NCBI GenBank assembly: GCA_965225945.1
Contig: CBDDBZ010000037.1
Span: 96,001 to 160,000, forward strand
Direction of reading: 5' to 3'
DNA from: Alphaproteobacteria bacterium
GTDB taxonomy: Bacteria; Pseudomonadota; Alphaproteobacteria; GCA-2731375
Length of the DNA stretch: 64,000 nucleotides
This document shows positions 19,553 through 29,216 of the stretch, one piece after another (the first letter of the stretch is position 1; each line of letters starts with the position of its first letter). Below the pieces are notes generated by a model that searched no databases, was not told the DNA's origin, and saw nothing but the letters and a program-made list of their open reading frames with translations. A program made the translations under genes and the position numbers.

Positions 19553-20496
19553 GCGCCGCGCCCGAGGCCCACCAGAACCAGTCCCGGCTCGCCTTTGGCC
19601 TGGCGGTCACCGAGCTCGCGATGCGCGATGCGCGGGTGGTGGCGATCTCCGCCGACACGCTCGACCTGATCGGACTACGCGGCATCATCGAGCATCATCC
19701 CAGCCGCGTGGTCGACGTCGGCATCGCCGAGCAGAACGCGATGGGCGTCGCCTCGGGCCTCGCCACCACGGGGCTGCGGCCCTTCGTCTGCGGCTACGCC
19801 CCCTTCATTACCGCCCGCTCGATGGAACAGTTGCGCAACGACGTCGCCTACGCCGCCCAGCGCGTGGTGATCGGCGCGGCGGCGAGCGGCGTCGCCCTCG
19901 GCGTTTCCGGCGGCACGCACCATGCGCTGGAGGACCTGGCCATGCTCCGGAGTCTTCCCGGCATGACGGTGATCGTGCCGGCCGACGCCAACCAGGCCTG
20001 GCACGCGACGCTGGCGACGGAGCGAATCGACGGGCCGGTCTATATCCGCCTGGGGGGCCGGCTGGCCGAGGCGCCGGTGACGCCGCCCGAGGGACCGTTC
20101 ACCCCCGGCAAGGCCGAAGTCTTGCGCGAGGGCGGCGACGTCGCCGTCCTCGCCTGTGGCGCGCTGGTGGCACCGGCGCTCGAGGCGGCGGAGTCGCTGG
20201 CGGGCCAGGGGATCTCGGCCAGGGTGGTGAACCTGCATACCATCAAGCCGCTCGACCGCGAGGCGATCCTGGCGGCGGCCGAGACGCGCGGTATCGTCAC
20301 CGCCGAGGAACACCATCTGAGCGGCGGGCTCGGCGGCGCGGTGGCGGAGCTTCTGGCCGAGACGCGGCCGACGGCCATGCGCTTCGTCGGCATGCCGGAC
20401 GAATTCGCCATCGTCGGCCCGACCGACAAGGTGCGGGAGCGTTACGGGATGAGCGCCGGCGGCATCGAGGCGGCCTGTCTCGAGCTGCTGAAATAA
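19549..20496 (+). CDS. transketolase, C-terminal subunit
   Basis: GIAEQN, GGTHHALED, GPVYIRL, IKPLD, EEH; GTGA overlap. Confidence 0.88.
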   Translation: MSAAPEAHQNQSRLAFGLAVTELAMRDARVVAISADTLDLIGLRGIIEHHPSRVVDVGIAEQNAMGVASGLATTGLRPFVCGYAPFITARSMEQLRNDVAYAAQRVVIGAAASGVALGVSGGTHHALEDLAMLRSLPGMTVIVPADANQAWHATLATERIDGPVYIRLGGRLAEAPVTPPEGPFTPGKAEVLREGGDVAVLACGALVAPALEAAESLAGQGISARVVNLHTIKPLDREAILAAAETRGIVTAEEHHLSGGLGGAVAELLAETRPTAMRFVGMPDEFAIVGPTDKVRERYGMSAGGIEAACLELLK

Positions 20497-20511
20497 CCGT
20501 GTCCGGAATTC

Positions 20512-20654
20512 CGTCATTGCGAGCGAGCGAAGCGAGCGTGGCAATCCAGGCGGCCTCGATGTCCCGCGCGATGGTCGACGCATGGGGTACGGCCCTGGAT
20601 CGCCACGCTCCGCTCGCGATGACGTTTTGAGATGCTCCGCGCCTCGTGATGACG
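20512..20654. repeat. REP-like palindromic element, copy 1
   Basis: CGTCATTGCGAGCG...GCGTGGCAATCCAG / CTGGATCGCCACGC...CGCTCGCGATGACG; paralog at 40693. Confidence 0.8.
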
Positions 20655-20704
20655 TCGATGTGCCGGTAGTTCCATAAGACCGGACGATGTTCTAAGAAAC
20701 GCGC

Positions 20705-22363
20705 ATGATCGATCGTCTCGCCATCGCGCTGGCACAGTGCAATCCGACCGTCGGCGACGTCGCCGGCAATGCCGAGATCGTGCGCGCGCAGCGTGCCGAG
20801 TTCGCCGGCCGGGCTGATTTGGTGGTCTTTTCGGAATTGCTGCTCTCCGGCTATCCGCCGGAGGATCTGGTGCTGAAGCCGGCCTTCCAGGACGAGCTGG
20901 AAGCGGCGGCGCGCGCGCTGGCCGCGGAAACGGCGGACGGCGGCCCGGCGCTGCTGCTGGGGACGCCGTGGCGGGTCGACGGCCGGCTGCATAACGCGGT
21001 GCTGCTGCTCGACGGCGGCGAGATAAGAGCGGTGCGCGCCAAGTGCGAGCTGCCCAACTACAACGTCTTCGACGAGAAGCGGGTGTTCGCCGCCGGCGAG
21101 CTGCCGGGGCCGATCAACTTCCGGGGCGTGCGGATCGGCGTGCCGATCTGCGAGGACGTGTGGACCGGGGAGGTCCTGGAATGCCTGGTGGAGACCGGGG
21201 CCGAGATCGTCCTGGTGCCCAACGGTTCGCCCTTCGATCGGATGAAGGCCGACGTCCGGTTGAACTTGGTGGTGGCCCGCGTCGCCACCTCCGGCCTGCC
21301 GATGGCCTACCTGAACCAGGTCGGCGGACAGGACGAGCTGGTGTTCGACGGCGGCTCCTTCGTGCTCAACCCCGGCGGTGAGCTGGCGGCCCGCCTGCCG
21401 ATGTTCGAAGTGGCGAGCGAACTCACGATCTGGACCCGGGGGCCCGAGGGCTGGGCTTGCGAATTGGCCCGGCGCGAGCCGCCGGAGGAGGGCGTGAGCG
21501 CGATCTATCGGGCGATGACCTTGGGCCTGCGCGACTATGTCGACAAGAACCGATTTCCGGGCGTGATCATCGGCCTCTCGGGTGGGATCGATTCCGCGTT
21601 GAGCGCGGCTGTCGCGGTCGACGCGCTGGGGCCGGATCGGGTCTGGTGCGTGATGATGCCCTCGATCTTCACCGGGGCCGAGAGCCTGGACGACGCGGCC
21701 GCGTGCGCGAAGCTGTTGGGCGTTCGCCTCGACGAGGTCGGGATCGCGCCGGCGGTGAGCGCCTTCGAAGAGACCCTGGCGCCGGTATTCGAGGGCAGGG
21801 CGCGTGACACGACGGAAGAGAATTTGCAGTCCCGCGCCCGGGCGATCACGCTTATGGCGCTTTCCAACAAGTTCGGCCACATGGTGCTGACTACCGGCAA
21901 CAAGTCGGAGATGAGCGTCGGCTACGCCACCATCTATGGCGACATGGCGGGCGGCTATTCGGTGCTGAAGGACGTTTACAAGACCACGGTGTTCGAGCTC
22001 TCGGCCTGGCGCAATCAGCGGCGCCCGTCGGGCGTGCTGGGCCCCGAGGGCCGCGTGGTGCCGGAGAACATCCTGGTGAAGCCCCCCTCGGCCGAACTGC
22101 GCCCCGACCAAAGGGACGAGGATTCGCTGCCGCCCTACGAGGTGCTGGACGATATATTGGAGTGCCTGGTGGAGCGCGAACTCGCCTTCGAGGAGATCAC
22201 CGAGCGGGGCCATTCGGCGGAACTCGTCAGCCGAATAGAGCAATTGCTCTACGTCGCCGAATACAAGCGCCGCCAGGCCCCGCCCGGCGTCAAGATCACC
22301 GAGCGGGCCTTCGGCCGCGATCGGCGCTATCCCATCACCAACGGCTTCCGCGACGCGCGCTGA
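20705..22363 (+). CDS. nadE: glutamine-dependent NAD+ synthetase
   Basis: CN-hydrolase domain (EL, K, ICED), SGGIDS, ENLQSR, TGNKSE, PSAEL, EYKRRQ. Confidence 0.95.
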   Translation: MIDRLAIALAQCNPTVGDVAGNAEIVRAQRAEFAGRADLVVFSELLLSGYPPEDLVLKPAFQDELEAAARALAAETADGGPALLLGTPWRVDGRLHNAVLLLDGGEIRAVRAKCELPNYNVFDEKRVFAAGELPGPINFRGVRIGVPICEDVWTGEVLECLVETGAEIVLVPNGSPFDRMKADVRLNLVVARVATSGLPMAYLNQVGGQDELVFDGGSFVLNPGGELAARLPMFEVASELTIWTRGPEGWACELARREPPEEGVSAIYRAMTLGLRDYVDKNRFPGVIIGLSGGIDSALSAAVAVDALGPDRVWCVMMPSIFTGAESLDDAAACAKLLGVRLDEVGIAPAVSAFEETLAPVFEGRARDTTEENLQSRARAITLMALSNKFGHMVLTTGNKSEMSVGYATIYGDMAGGYSVLKDVYKTTVFELSAWRNQRRPSGVLGPEGRVVPENILVKPPSAELRPDQRDEDSLPPYEVLDDILECLVERELAFEEITERGHSAELVSRIEQLLYVAEYKRRQAPPGVKITERAFGRDRRYPITNGFRDAR

Positions 22364-22371
22364 GGTGCCCC

Positions 22372-23160
22372 ATGAGCCCGCTCGTGCTCTACCACTCCTG
22401 GTCGTCCAGCGCCTCGCGCAAGGTGCGGCTCTGCCTGGCCGAGAAGGGCTTGGACTACGACGGCCGGGTGCTCGACCTGCGCCGCTTCCCGCACCACCAG
22501 CCGTGGTACAAGGCCTTGAACCCGAGCGGCATCGTGCCCTGCCTGCTGGCCGACGGCGTGGCCCTGGTGGAAAGCAACCTGATCAACGAATACCTCGACG
22601 AGGCCGTGCCCGAGCCACCGCTGATGCCCGCGGGCCCGGCGGATCGCCACGAGGTTCGGCGCTGGTCGAAATACATCGACGACCATTGCCTGCCGGCGGT
22701 GCAGAAGCCGAACTGGTCCCGCACCATGCGGCCGATCGCCGCGAGGTGGTCCGACGAGGAGCTGGAACGCCGCCTGGCGGCGATCCCGATCGAGGGGCGC
22801 CGGCGGCTTTGGTACCGCATGGCGCGCGATCCCTTCAGCGCTGAGGAGATCGACGCCGCGCTCGACATCCTCGAAGACATGTGCGGTCAAATCGAGGCCC
22901 ATTTGAAGGCGCGCGGCGGCCCCTGGCTGCTGGGTGATCGCCTGACGCTGGCCGACATCGCCGCCGCGCCCTATGTCGTTCGCTTCGAGGAGGAGCGGCC
23001 GGGCCGGCTGCCGCCGCGCGCCGCCGAGTGGTGGGCCCGCCTCACCGCGCGCCCGGCCTGGTCCCGGTCCGAGATCGGCTCCTACCAGGGTGACACCGAG
23101 CGCTCCATCGCCGAGGCGATTGCCGATCCAGAGGCGACGCTGGAGGAGGGGGACTGCTAG
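22372..23160 (+). CDS. glutathione S-transferase family protein
   Basis: SRKVRLCLAEKGL, LNPSGIVP, ESNLINEYL, TLADI. Confidence 0.88.
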   Translation: MSPLVLYHSWSSSASRKVRLCLAEKGLDYDGRVLDLRRFPHHQPWYKALNPSGIVPCLLADGVALVESNLINEYLDEAVPEPPLMPAGPADRHEVRRWSKYIDDHCLPAVQKPNWSRTMRPIAARWSDEELERRLAAIPIEGRRRLWYRMARDPFSAEEIDAALDILEDMCGQIEAHLKARGGPWLLGDRLTLADIAAAPYVVRFEEERPGRLPPRAAEWWARLTARPAWSRSEIGSYQGDTERSIAEAIADPEATLEEGDC

Positions 23161-23194
23161 ACTTCTTCCGCACATCCCAAGCGGAGAAGTGGAC

Positions 23195-24340
23195 ATGCGG
23201 GTGGTGATCTGCGGCGGCGGGGCCATCGGCGCGGCCATCGCCTATTACGCGAGCCAGCGCGGTATCGAGGCGATCGTGGTCGAGCGGACCGGCGTCGCCT
23301 GCGCCGCTTCCGGCAAGTCGGGCGGCTTCCTGGCGCTCGACTGGTGCGATGGCTCGGCCCTCGGTCCGCTGGCGCGCAGGAGCTTCCAGCTGCACGGCGA
23401 GTTGGCCGCGGCGGGGGAGGGGGCGTGGGACTATCGCCGCCTCGAAACGCTCGGCGTCGTGGCCAGCGCGCGGCGCGACCTATCGCGCCATCGCCAGAGC
23501 GAGTCACCCGGCTGGTTGGCCGAGGGGGCGGCCGTGCACGGCCGGCTCGGCGAGCCTGAGAGCACGGCGCAGGTCCATCCCGCCAAGTTCACTCAAGGCT
23601 TGATGGCGGCGGCGCGCCGCCGGGGTGCCGAGCTCCGCGCCGGCGTCGTCACCGGTCTCGCCAGCACGGCCGACGGCTCGGCCGTCACCGGTGCCATCGT
23701 CGACGGCGAGACGGTTCCGGCCGATGCCGTGGTGGTGGCGATGGGGCCCTGGTCGGTGCTGGCCTGCGCCTGGCTGCCGCTTCCCGCCGTCGGTGGCCTC
23801 AAGGGCCACAGCCTAGTTTTCGAATATACGCCCGAGCGGCCCAGCGCCCTCTTCGTCGAATGCGAGGTGGCGGCGGGCGAAGTGCACGCGCCCGAGGTCT
23901 TTCCCCGCCCAGACGGCACGACCTACGTCTGTGGCCTGCCGGGGGAGGGCGACCTGCCGGTGGATCCGGGAGACGTCGGCACCGAGCCCAAGGCGGAGGC
24001 GGCGCTGCGGGCCATGGTCGCGACCTTCGCGCCGGAGCTGGCGCGGGCGCGAGCGCTGGCTTTCCAGGCCTGCTACCGGCCGATCACGCGCGACGGCCTG
24101 CCGCTGATCGGGCAAGTCGGTGGCATCGAGGGGGCCTATGTCGCCACCGGCCACAACGTCTGGGGCATCCTGAACGCGCCCGCGACCGGCGAGGCCATGG
24201 CCGAGCTATTGGCTGAGGGCAGGTCGAGCCAGGTCGATCTCGCGGCCTTCGATCCTGGTCGATTGCCGGCCTCGGCACCGCCGGAGGTGCACGCCGCGAG
24301 CGCCGCCCGCGCGCCTCGGTCGCCCGATCCGGCGGCCTGA
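23195..24340 (+). CDS. FAD-dependent oxidoreductase (DAO/glycine oxidase family)
   Basis: GGGAIG, ASGKSGG, CYRP, GHNVWGILNAPATG. Confidence 0.85.
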   Translation: MRVVICGGGAIGAAIAYYASQRGIEAIVVERTGVACAASGKSGGFLALDWCDGSALGPLARRSFQLHGELAAAGEGAWDYRRLETLGVVASARRDLSRHRQSESPGWLAEGAAVHGRLGEPESTAQVHPAKFTQGLMAAARRRGAELRAGVVTGLASTADGSAVTGAIVDGETVPADAVVVAMGPWSVLACAWLPLPAVGGLKGHSLVFEYTPERPSALFVECEVAAGEVHAPEVFPRPDGTTYVCGLPGEGDLPVDPGDVGTEPKAEAALRAMVATFAPELARARALAFQACYRPITRDGLPLIGQVGGIEGAYVATGHNVWGILNAPATGEAMAELLAEGRSSQVDLAAFDPGRLPASAPPEVHAASAARAPRSPDPAA

Positions 24341-24378
24341 AAGCGGGCGTCGGGGACCGGAGCGCGCATTGCCTCGGC

Positions 24379-25503
24379 TCACGGAAACAGGGGGTGCTGC
24401 TCGAGGCCCGCCGTCTCGGCAATGCCGTACATCACGTTCATGTTCTGCACTGCCTGGCCGGAGCCGCCCTTCACCAAATTGTCGATCGCCGAGAGCAGGA
24501 TCGCGCGGCCCGCCAGGCGATCGGCGAAGACGCCGATCAGGCAGAAGTTGGAGCCCCGGACATGGCGCGTCGCCGGCGCCTCGCCCGCCGGCAACACGCG
24601 CACGAAGGGCTCGTCCTCGTAAGCTGCCGCCAGGGTCTCGCGCAGATCGTCGGCCGTGGTGTCAGGGGCCAGGCGGACGTAGATGGTGGAGAGGATGCCT
24701 CGGTTCATCGGCATCAGGTGCGGCGTGAAGTTGACCGCGATTTGGCCGCCGGCGGCGCGGCTCAGCTCCTGCTCGATCTCCGGCGCGTGGCGATGGTGGG
24801 CGATCGAATAGGCATGCACGCCTTCCGCCACCTCGGCATGGAGGTTGTCGAGCTTTTCGCCGCGCCCAGCCCCGGTGACGCCGGATTTGGCATCGATGAT
24901 GATGTCGTCACGCTCGATCTCGCCCGCCGCCAGCAGCGGGGCGAGCGGCAGGACGGCGGCGGTCGGATAGCAGCCCGGACAGGCGACCAGGCGCGCGCCC
25001 TTCAGGGACTCGCGGGCCAGTTCGGTCAGGCCGTAGACCGCCTCGCCTTGGAGCCCGGGGGCGAGATGGGGGTGGCCGTACCACTCGGCGTAGAGCGCCT
25101 CGTCGTCGAGGCGGAAATCGGCGGAGAGGTCGATAACCCGGGGCTGGCCCGGCGTCGCGGCGGCGAGATCGCCCGTGGTCTCGTTGAGCAATTCGTCGAC
25201 CATGGGGTGGCCGGTCTCGTGCAAGATGCCGGCGATGACCTCCTGCGTGGTGCCGTGCGGTAGGCCGCAGAAGACGACGTCGACATCGAGACCGGCCCAC
25301 TCGACCTGATCGATTCCGATCAGGTCCGGCAGGCCGAGGCCGCCCAAGTGCGGAAAGACGCGCTCGTAGGACTCGCCCGCGTGGCGGTCGGCGGTCAGCA
25401 ACACGATCTCGGCGTTCGGATGGTTCACCAGCAGGCGCACCAACTCCGCCCCGGTGTAACCGCTGGCGCCCAGAATGGCGATCCGTAAACGATTGCTGGT
25501 CAT
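24379..25503 (-). CDS. argC: N-acetyl-gamma-glutamyl-phosphate reductase
   Basis: GASGYTG, DLSADFR, PGCYPT, HRHAPEI, DNLVKG. Confidence 0.95.
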   Translation of the reverse strand: MTSNRLRIAILGASGYTGAELVRLLVNHPNAEIVLLTADRHAGESYERVFPHLGGLGLPDLIGIDQVEWAGLDVDVVFCGLPHGTTQEVIAGILHETGHPMVDELLNETTGDLAAATPGQPRVIDLSADFRLDDEALYAEWYGHPHLAPGLQGEAVYGLTELARESLKGARLVACPGCYPTAAVLPLAPLLAAGEIERDDIIIDAKSGVTGAGRGEKLDNLHAEVAEGVHAYSIAHHRHAPEIEQELSRAAGGQIAVNFTPHLMPMNRGILSTIYVRLAPDTTADDLRETLAAAYEDEPFVRVLPAGEAPATRHVRGSNFCLIGVFADRLAGRAILLSAIDNLVKGGSGQAVQNMNVMYGIAETAGLEQHPLFP

Positions 25504-25581
25504 GGCCCGAACTCCTTGAAGAGAAATATAGTGAAATCGAGGGGGAAATCCCGCCTTTCGTCGAATCCCGCCGCGGCAGCG

Positions 25582-25610
25582 AAAAAGGGCGGTGTCGCCA
25601 CCGCCCTTTT
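25582..25610 (-). terminator. intrinsic terminator after rpsI (possibly bidirectional)
   Basis: AAAAAGGGCGGTG-TCGC-CACCGCCCTTTT. Confidence 0.8.
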
Positions 25611-25634
25611 GCGTTGCCGAAGCGGGGGGGGCGG

Positions 25635-26117
25635 TCAGCGTTTGGAGAACTGGAAGCTTCGGCGCGCCTTGCGCTTGCCGTACTTCTTGCGCTCCACGAC
25701 GCGGGCGTCGCGGGTGAGGAAGCCGCCGCGCTTCAGAACCGGCCGCAAGCCCGGCTCGAATTCGACCAGCGCCTTGGAGATGCCGTGGCGCACGGCGCCG
25801 GCCTGGCCCGAGAGGCCGCCGCCCTTCGCCGTGCACCAGACGTCGTACTGCTCGACTCGTTCGGCCACCTCGAAGGGCTGGTTGATGATCATCCTCAGCA
25901 CGGGGCGAGCGAAATAGTCGATACTGTCCCGCCCATTCACGGTGATCCGGCCGAGGCCCGGCTTGATCCAGACCCGGGCGATGGCGTTCTTCCGCTTGCC
26001 GGTGGCATAGGCCCGGCCCTGGACGTCGATCCGAGGCTCCGGCGGCGGCGGCGCCTCCTCGCTCGGGGTGACGAGGGTCGCCAGATCCTCGAGCGAGCCG
26101 ATGGTCGTCTCGGACAT
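25635..26117 (-). CDS. rpsI: 30S ribosomal protein S9
   Basis: [16 protein letters not shown], ends [10 protein letters not shown]. Confidence 0.97.
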   Translation of the reverse strand: MSETTIGSLEDLATLVTPSEEAPPPPEPRIDVQGRAYATGKRKNAIARVWIKPGLGRITVNGRDSIDYFARPVLRMIINQPFEVAERVEQYDVWCTAKGGGLSGQAGAVRHGISKALVEFEPGLRPVLKRGGFLTRDARVVERKKYGKRKARRSFQFSKR

Positions 26118-26119
26118 GA

Positions 26120-26593
26120 TCAGAGGCTCCTCTTGTTCTTGGGATTGAGCAGGGCGAGATCCAGCGTCGTCGGCTGTTGCGCCTCGTGGGGATGCTCGGC
26201 GCCGGCGTAGACCTTGAGCTTGCGGATCTGCGCCCGGCCGAGCGGTCCGGACGGGATCATCCGCTTGATCGCCTTCTCCACCACCCGCTCGGGGTGCTTG
26301 CCGTCGAGGATCTTGCCGGCGGTCCGGCTCTTGATGCCGCCGGGATAGCCGGTGTGCCAATAGTAGATCTTGTCCTTGCGCTTGTTGCCGGTGAGTTTCA
26401 CCTTGCCGGCGTTGACGATGACGACATGGTCGCCGCAGTCGATATGCGGCGTGAACAGGGGCTTGTGCTTGCCGCGCAGACGATCGGCGACGATGACGGC
26501 GAGGCGGCCGAGGACGACGTCCTCGGCATCGATCAGCCACCAAGCTCGGGTGACGTCGCCCGGGCGGGCGGAATAGGTTCTCATCGCGTTCAT
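26120..26593 (-). CDS. rplM: 50S ribosomal protein L13
   Basis: [25 protein letters not shown]; alternative start at 26584. Confidence 0.97.
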   Translation of the reverse strand: MNAMRTYSARPGDVTRAWWLIDAEDVVLGRLAVIVADRLRGKHKPLFTPHIDCGDHVVIVNAGKVKLTGNKRKDKIYYWHTGYPGGIKSRTAGKILDGKHPERVVEKAIKRMIPSGPLGRAQIRKLKVYAGAEHPHEAQQPTTLDLALLNPKNKRSL

Positions 26594-26634
26594 GTCCTGG
26601 TCGCGTTCATGTCCTGGTCGCGTTCATGTCCTCG
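26584..26634. repeat. 17-bp tandem repeat x3 covering the rplM RBS and start
   Basis: TCGCGTTCATGTCCTGG twice, then TCGCGTTCATGTCCTCG. Confidence 0.95.
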
Positions 26635-26690
26635 GCGACGGCCGGGCGGTCGGCGCCGCGCGCCCCTTCCCCGGGTCGAGCTGGGCGCGG

Positions 26691-26718
26691 AGTATGTCAG
26701 GAATATCCGCAAGGTCAA
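26691..26718 (-). promoter_or_regulatory. putative sigma70 promoter of rplM-rpsI
   Basis: TTGACC-N16-CATACT followed by a GC-rich discriminator. Confidence 0.55.
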
Positions 26719-26931
26719 CGTCTTTATCGTCACTAGAAACGGTTTTTCACACGGGATTTCAAGCATTTAGAGATGAGGTAGTATCATACCCCGAGACGGC
26801 CGGCCATCGTGCATACCGAGGCGAAGCCGAGGGACATTTTGTCGATCGACTTGCTAGCTTGGCCACGCCACTTGCGGGCGTCCGGCGCGCGGGGTGAAAT
26901 GGCGAACCGATGCCAAACGCTCGAGGCCCCG

Positions 26932-27867
26932 ATGGCGATCACCCTATTTGAGAACTTGCGCGCGGTCTTCTACGCCCCGTTTTACGCGGCGCACGCGCTC
27001 GGCGCCTACCGGGAGGAGGGGATCGAGGTGAATATCACCACCTCGCCCAGTCCGGCGGCGACGGCGACGAGCCTGCTGGACGGTACCGCCGACGTCTCCT
27101 GGGGCGGCCCGATGCGGGTGCTGTTGACCTACGATCGACACCCGACATGCGATCTGGTGCTGTTCGCCGAGGCGGTGGGGCGCGATCCCTTCTTCCTGAT
27201 CGGCCGCGAGGCCCGGCCTGGCTTCGCCCTCGGCGATCTCATTGATCTCCGTCTCGCCAGCGTCTCCGAGGTCCCGACGCCCTGGCTCTGCCTGCAGGAG
27301 GATCTGCGCCGCCTCGGCCTCGATCCGGGCGCCGTCGAGCGCCGCCCCGACGCCACCATGGCGGAAAACCAGGCGGCCCTGCTGGCGGGAGAGATCGACG
27401 CGGCGCAACTGTTCCAGCCCTTCGCCGAGCAGTTGATCCGGCAGGGCTGCCATGTCTGGTACGCGGCGGCGAGCCGGGGCCCCACCGCCTATACCTCTTT
27501 CTATGCGACGCGGGCCCGCTTCGAGGCCGAGCCCGAGACCATGGCGGCGATGACGCGCGGGCTCTACCGGACCCAGAAGTGGTTGAAGTCGGCGGCGCCG
27601 GAGGCGGTGGCTGGCGTGATCGCCGGCTATTTCCCTGGCCTCGCGCCCGATCTCGTCGCCGCCTGCATCGCCCGCTATCAGGCGCTGGGCGTGTGGAACG
27701 AGACGCCGGTCCTGCCCGCGGTTGGCTTCGAGCGGCTGAAGCGTTCCTGCCTCTCGGGCGGGCTGATCGGCCGCGACGTCCCCTTCGAGGTCTGCGTCGA
27801 CAACCGCCACGCCGAGGCCGCCGTCATCGCCGATCCGCCGCCGATCGCGGGGCCGGGCGAGGCGTGA
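26932..27867 (+). CDS. NMT1/SsuA-like ABC substrate-binding-fold protein
   Basis: FYAPFY, SWGGP, LFQPF, TAYTSFY; no evident signal peptide or adjacent permease. Confidence 0.75.
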   Translation: MAITLFENLRAVFYAPFYAAHALGAYREEGIEVNITTSPSPAATATSLLDGTADVSWGGPMRVLLTYDRHPTCDLVLFAEAVGRDPFFLIGREARPGFALGDLIDLRLASVSEVPTPWLCLQEDLRRLGLDPGAVERRPDATMAENQAALLAGEIDAAQLFQPFAEQLIRQGCHVWYAAASRGPTAYTSFYATRARFEAEPETMAAMTRGLYRTQKWLKSAAPEAVAGVIAGYFPGLAPDLVAACIARYQALGVWNETPVLPAVGFERLKRSCLSGGLIGRDVPFEVCVDNRHAEAAVIADPPPIAGPGEA

Positions 27868-27877
27868 AGGCGGCGCC

Positions 27878-29182
27878 TCAGCGCTCCATCGCGTCGAGCA
27901 GGCGGTACCAGTTGGAGACCGCCGGCACCATGGCCTGGGCGACCTCGGACGAGAGGTAGGGCTTGAAGGCCAGCCGGTCCCAGGCGGTGGCGCCCTCGGG
28001 ATCGCCCATGACCTTGAGCGCGATCTTGTGGCCGAGGTGGGTTGCCCGCGCGACCCCGCTGCCGCAGTAGCCCATGGCGTAATGCACGCCCTCACGCACG
28101 CCCGCGTGCGGAAAGATGTCCCGGGTATAGGCGATGTAGCCGGACCAGCAATGGCTGATCCGGACTCCGTCCAGCTCGGGGAAGAGGCGGATCAGGCCGC
28201 GATAGAGATGGACGAAGTCCTCGGTCCGGGGGCTGTCCGACGGCCGTTTGCCGCGACCGCCGAAGAGGAGCCGCTTCCCGTCGGGGCTGGCCTGGTAATA
28301 GTGGTAGATCCGCCCGGTTTCCCCCACCACGCGGCGCGTCGGCAGCAGGCGGTCCATCACCTCGGGCGCCAGTTCCTCGGTAGCGATGATGGCCGAGGGA
28401 ATCGGGACCACGCGGGCCTTGAGCTCGGGCGTCGCCCGGGTGGTGTAGCCGTTGGTGGCGCAGATGGCGTGGCCGGCCGATATTTCGCCGCGGCTGGTGC
28501 TGATGGAGATCCGCTGGCGCTCCTTCGCCAGGCCTTGGACCGGTGTGAACGGCACGATCCGAACGCCCGCCGCCTCCACCCGTTCCAGCAGCCCTTGGTG
28601 ATAGAGCGCCGGATGCACCCTGGCGTCCTCCGGCAGCACCACGCCGCCGTGATAGAGCTCGGTGCCCACCTCGTCGTGCTGCCTGTCCTTCGGCACGGCC
28701 GTGAAGTCGAGGTCGATCAGCCGCGCCAGCTCCTCGTGCTCGCGCACCATCGGATCGTAGTGCGCGGCGCGGCGCGCGGCGCGAAAGCGGCCCGAGCGGC
28801 GGAAATGACACTCGATTCGCTCCCGCTCGATCAGGCCGTCGATGTAGTCGAGCGCCGCCTTGCCTTCGCGCAAGAGGTCGCGCGCATGGGCCTCGCCGTA
28901 CCTCCGCACCAGATCGCTCGTGGCGTGGCGCTGATTGCCGCTGCCGACCTGGCCGCCGTTGCGGCTACTGGCGCCGTATCCGGGCGCCTCGGCCTCCACC
29001 ACCACCACCTCGCGGCCGGCCCGCGCCAGCGTCAGCGCGGCGGAAAGCCCGGTGAAGCCCGAGCCGACGATGGCGATCTCGGCGGCCGGGGGCAGCGTCG
29101 GCTCGCTCAATTCCCGCCTCGGCGCCCACTCCCACCACCAGGGCGTGAACTTGACGTCGGCGGCGAAGATGCTGGCGTTCAT
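27878..29182 (-). CDS. FAD-binding oxidoreductase (PuuB/DAO-like)
   Basis: GSGFTG, GASSRNGG, HPA, ATNGYT, GYCGSG. Confidence 0.85.
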   Translation of the reverse strand: MNASIFAADVKFTPWWWEWAPRRELSEPTLPPAAEIAIVGSGFTGLSAALTLARAGREVVVVEAEAPGYGASSRNGGQVGSGNQRHATSDLVRRYGEAHARDLLREGKAALDYIDGLIERERIECHFRRSGRFRAARRAAHYDPMVREHEELARLIDLDFTAVPKDRQHDEVGTELYHGGVVLPEDARVHPALYHQGLLERVEAAGVRIVPFTPVQGLAKERQRISISTSRGEISAGHAICATNGYTTRATPELKARVVPIPSAIIATEELAPEVMDRLLPTRRVVGETGRIYHYYQASPDGKRLLFGGRGKRPSDSPRTEDFVHLYRGLIRLFPELDGVRISHCWSGYIAYTRDIFPHAGVREGVHYAMGYCGSGVARATHLGHKIALKVMGDPEGATAWDRLAFKPYLSSEVAQAMVPAVSNWYRLLDAMER

Positions 29183-29216
29183 GGTAGTTCTTTTCCCCTG
29201 GCCATCCCCCTGGCGC

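Noticed and set aside
26584-26634. Possible CRISPR array
   Set aside because: Tandem units have no spacers; no cas genes in the window
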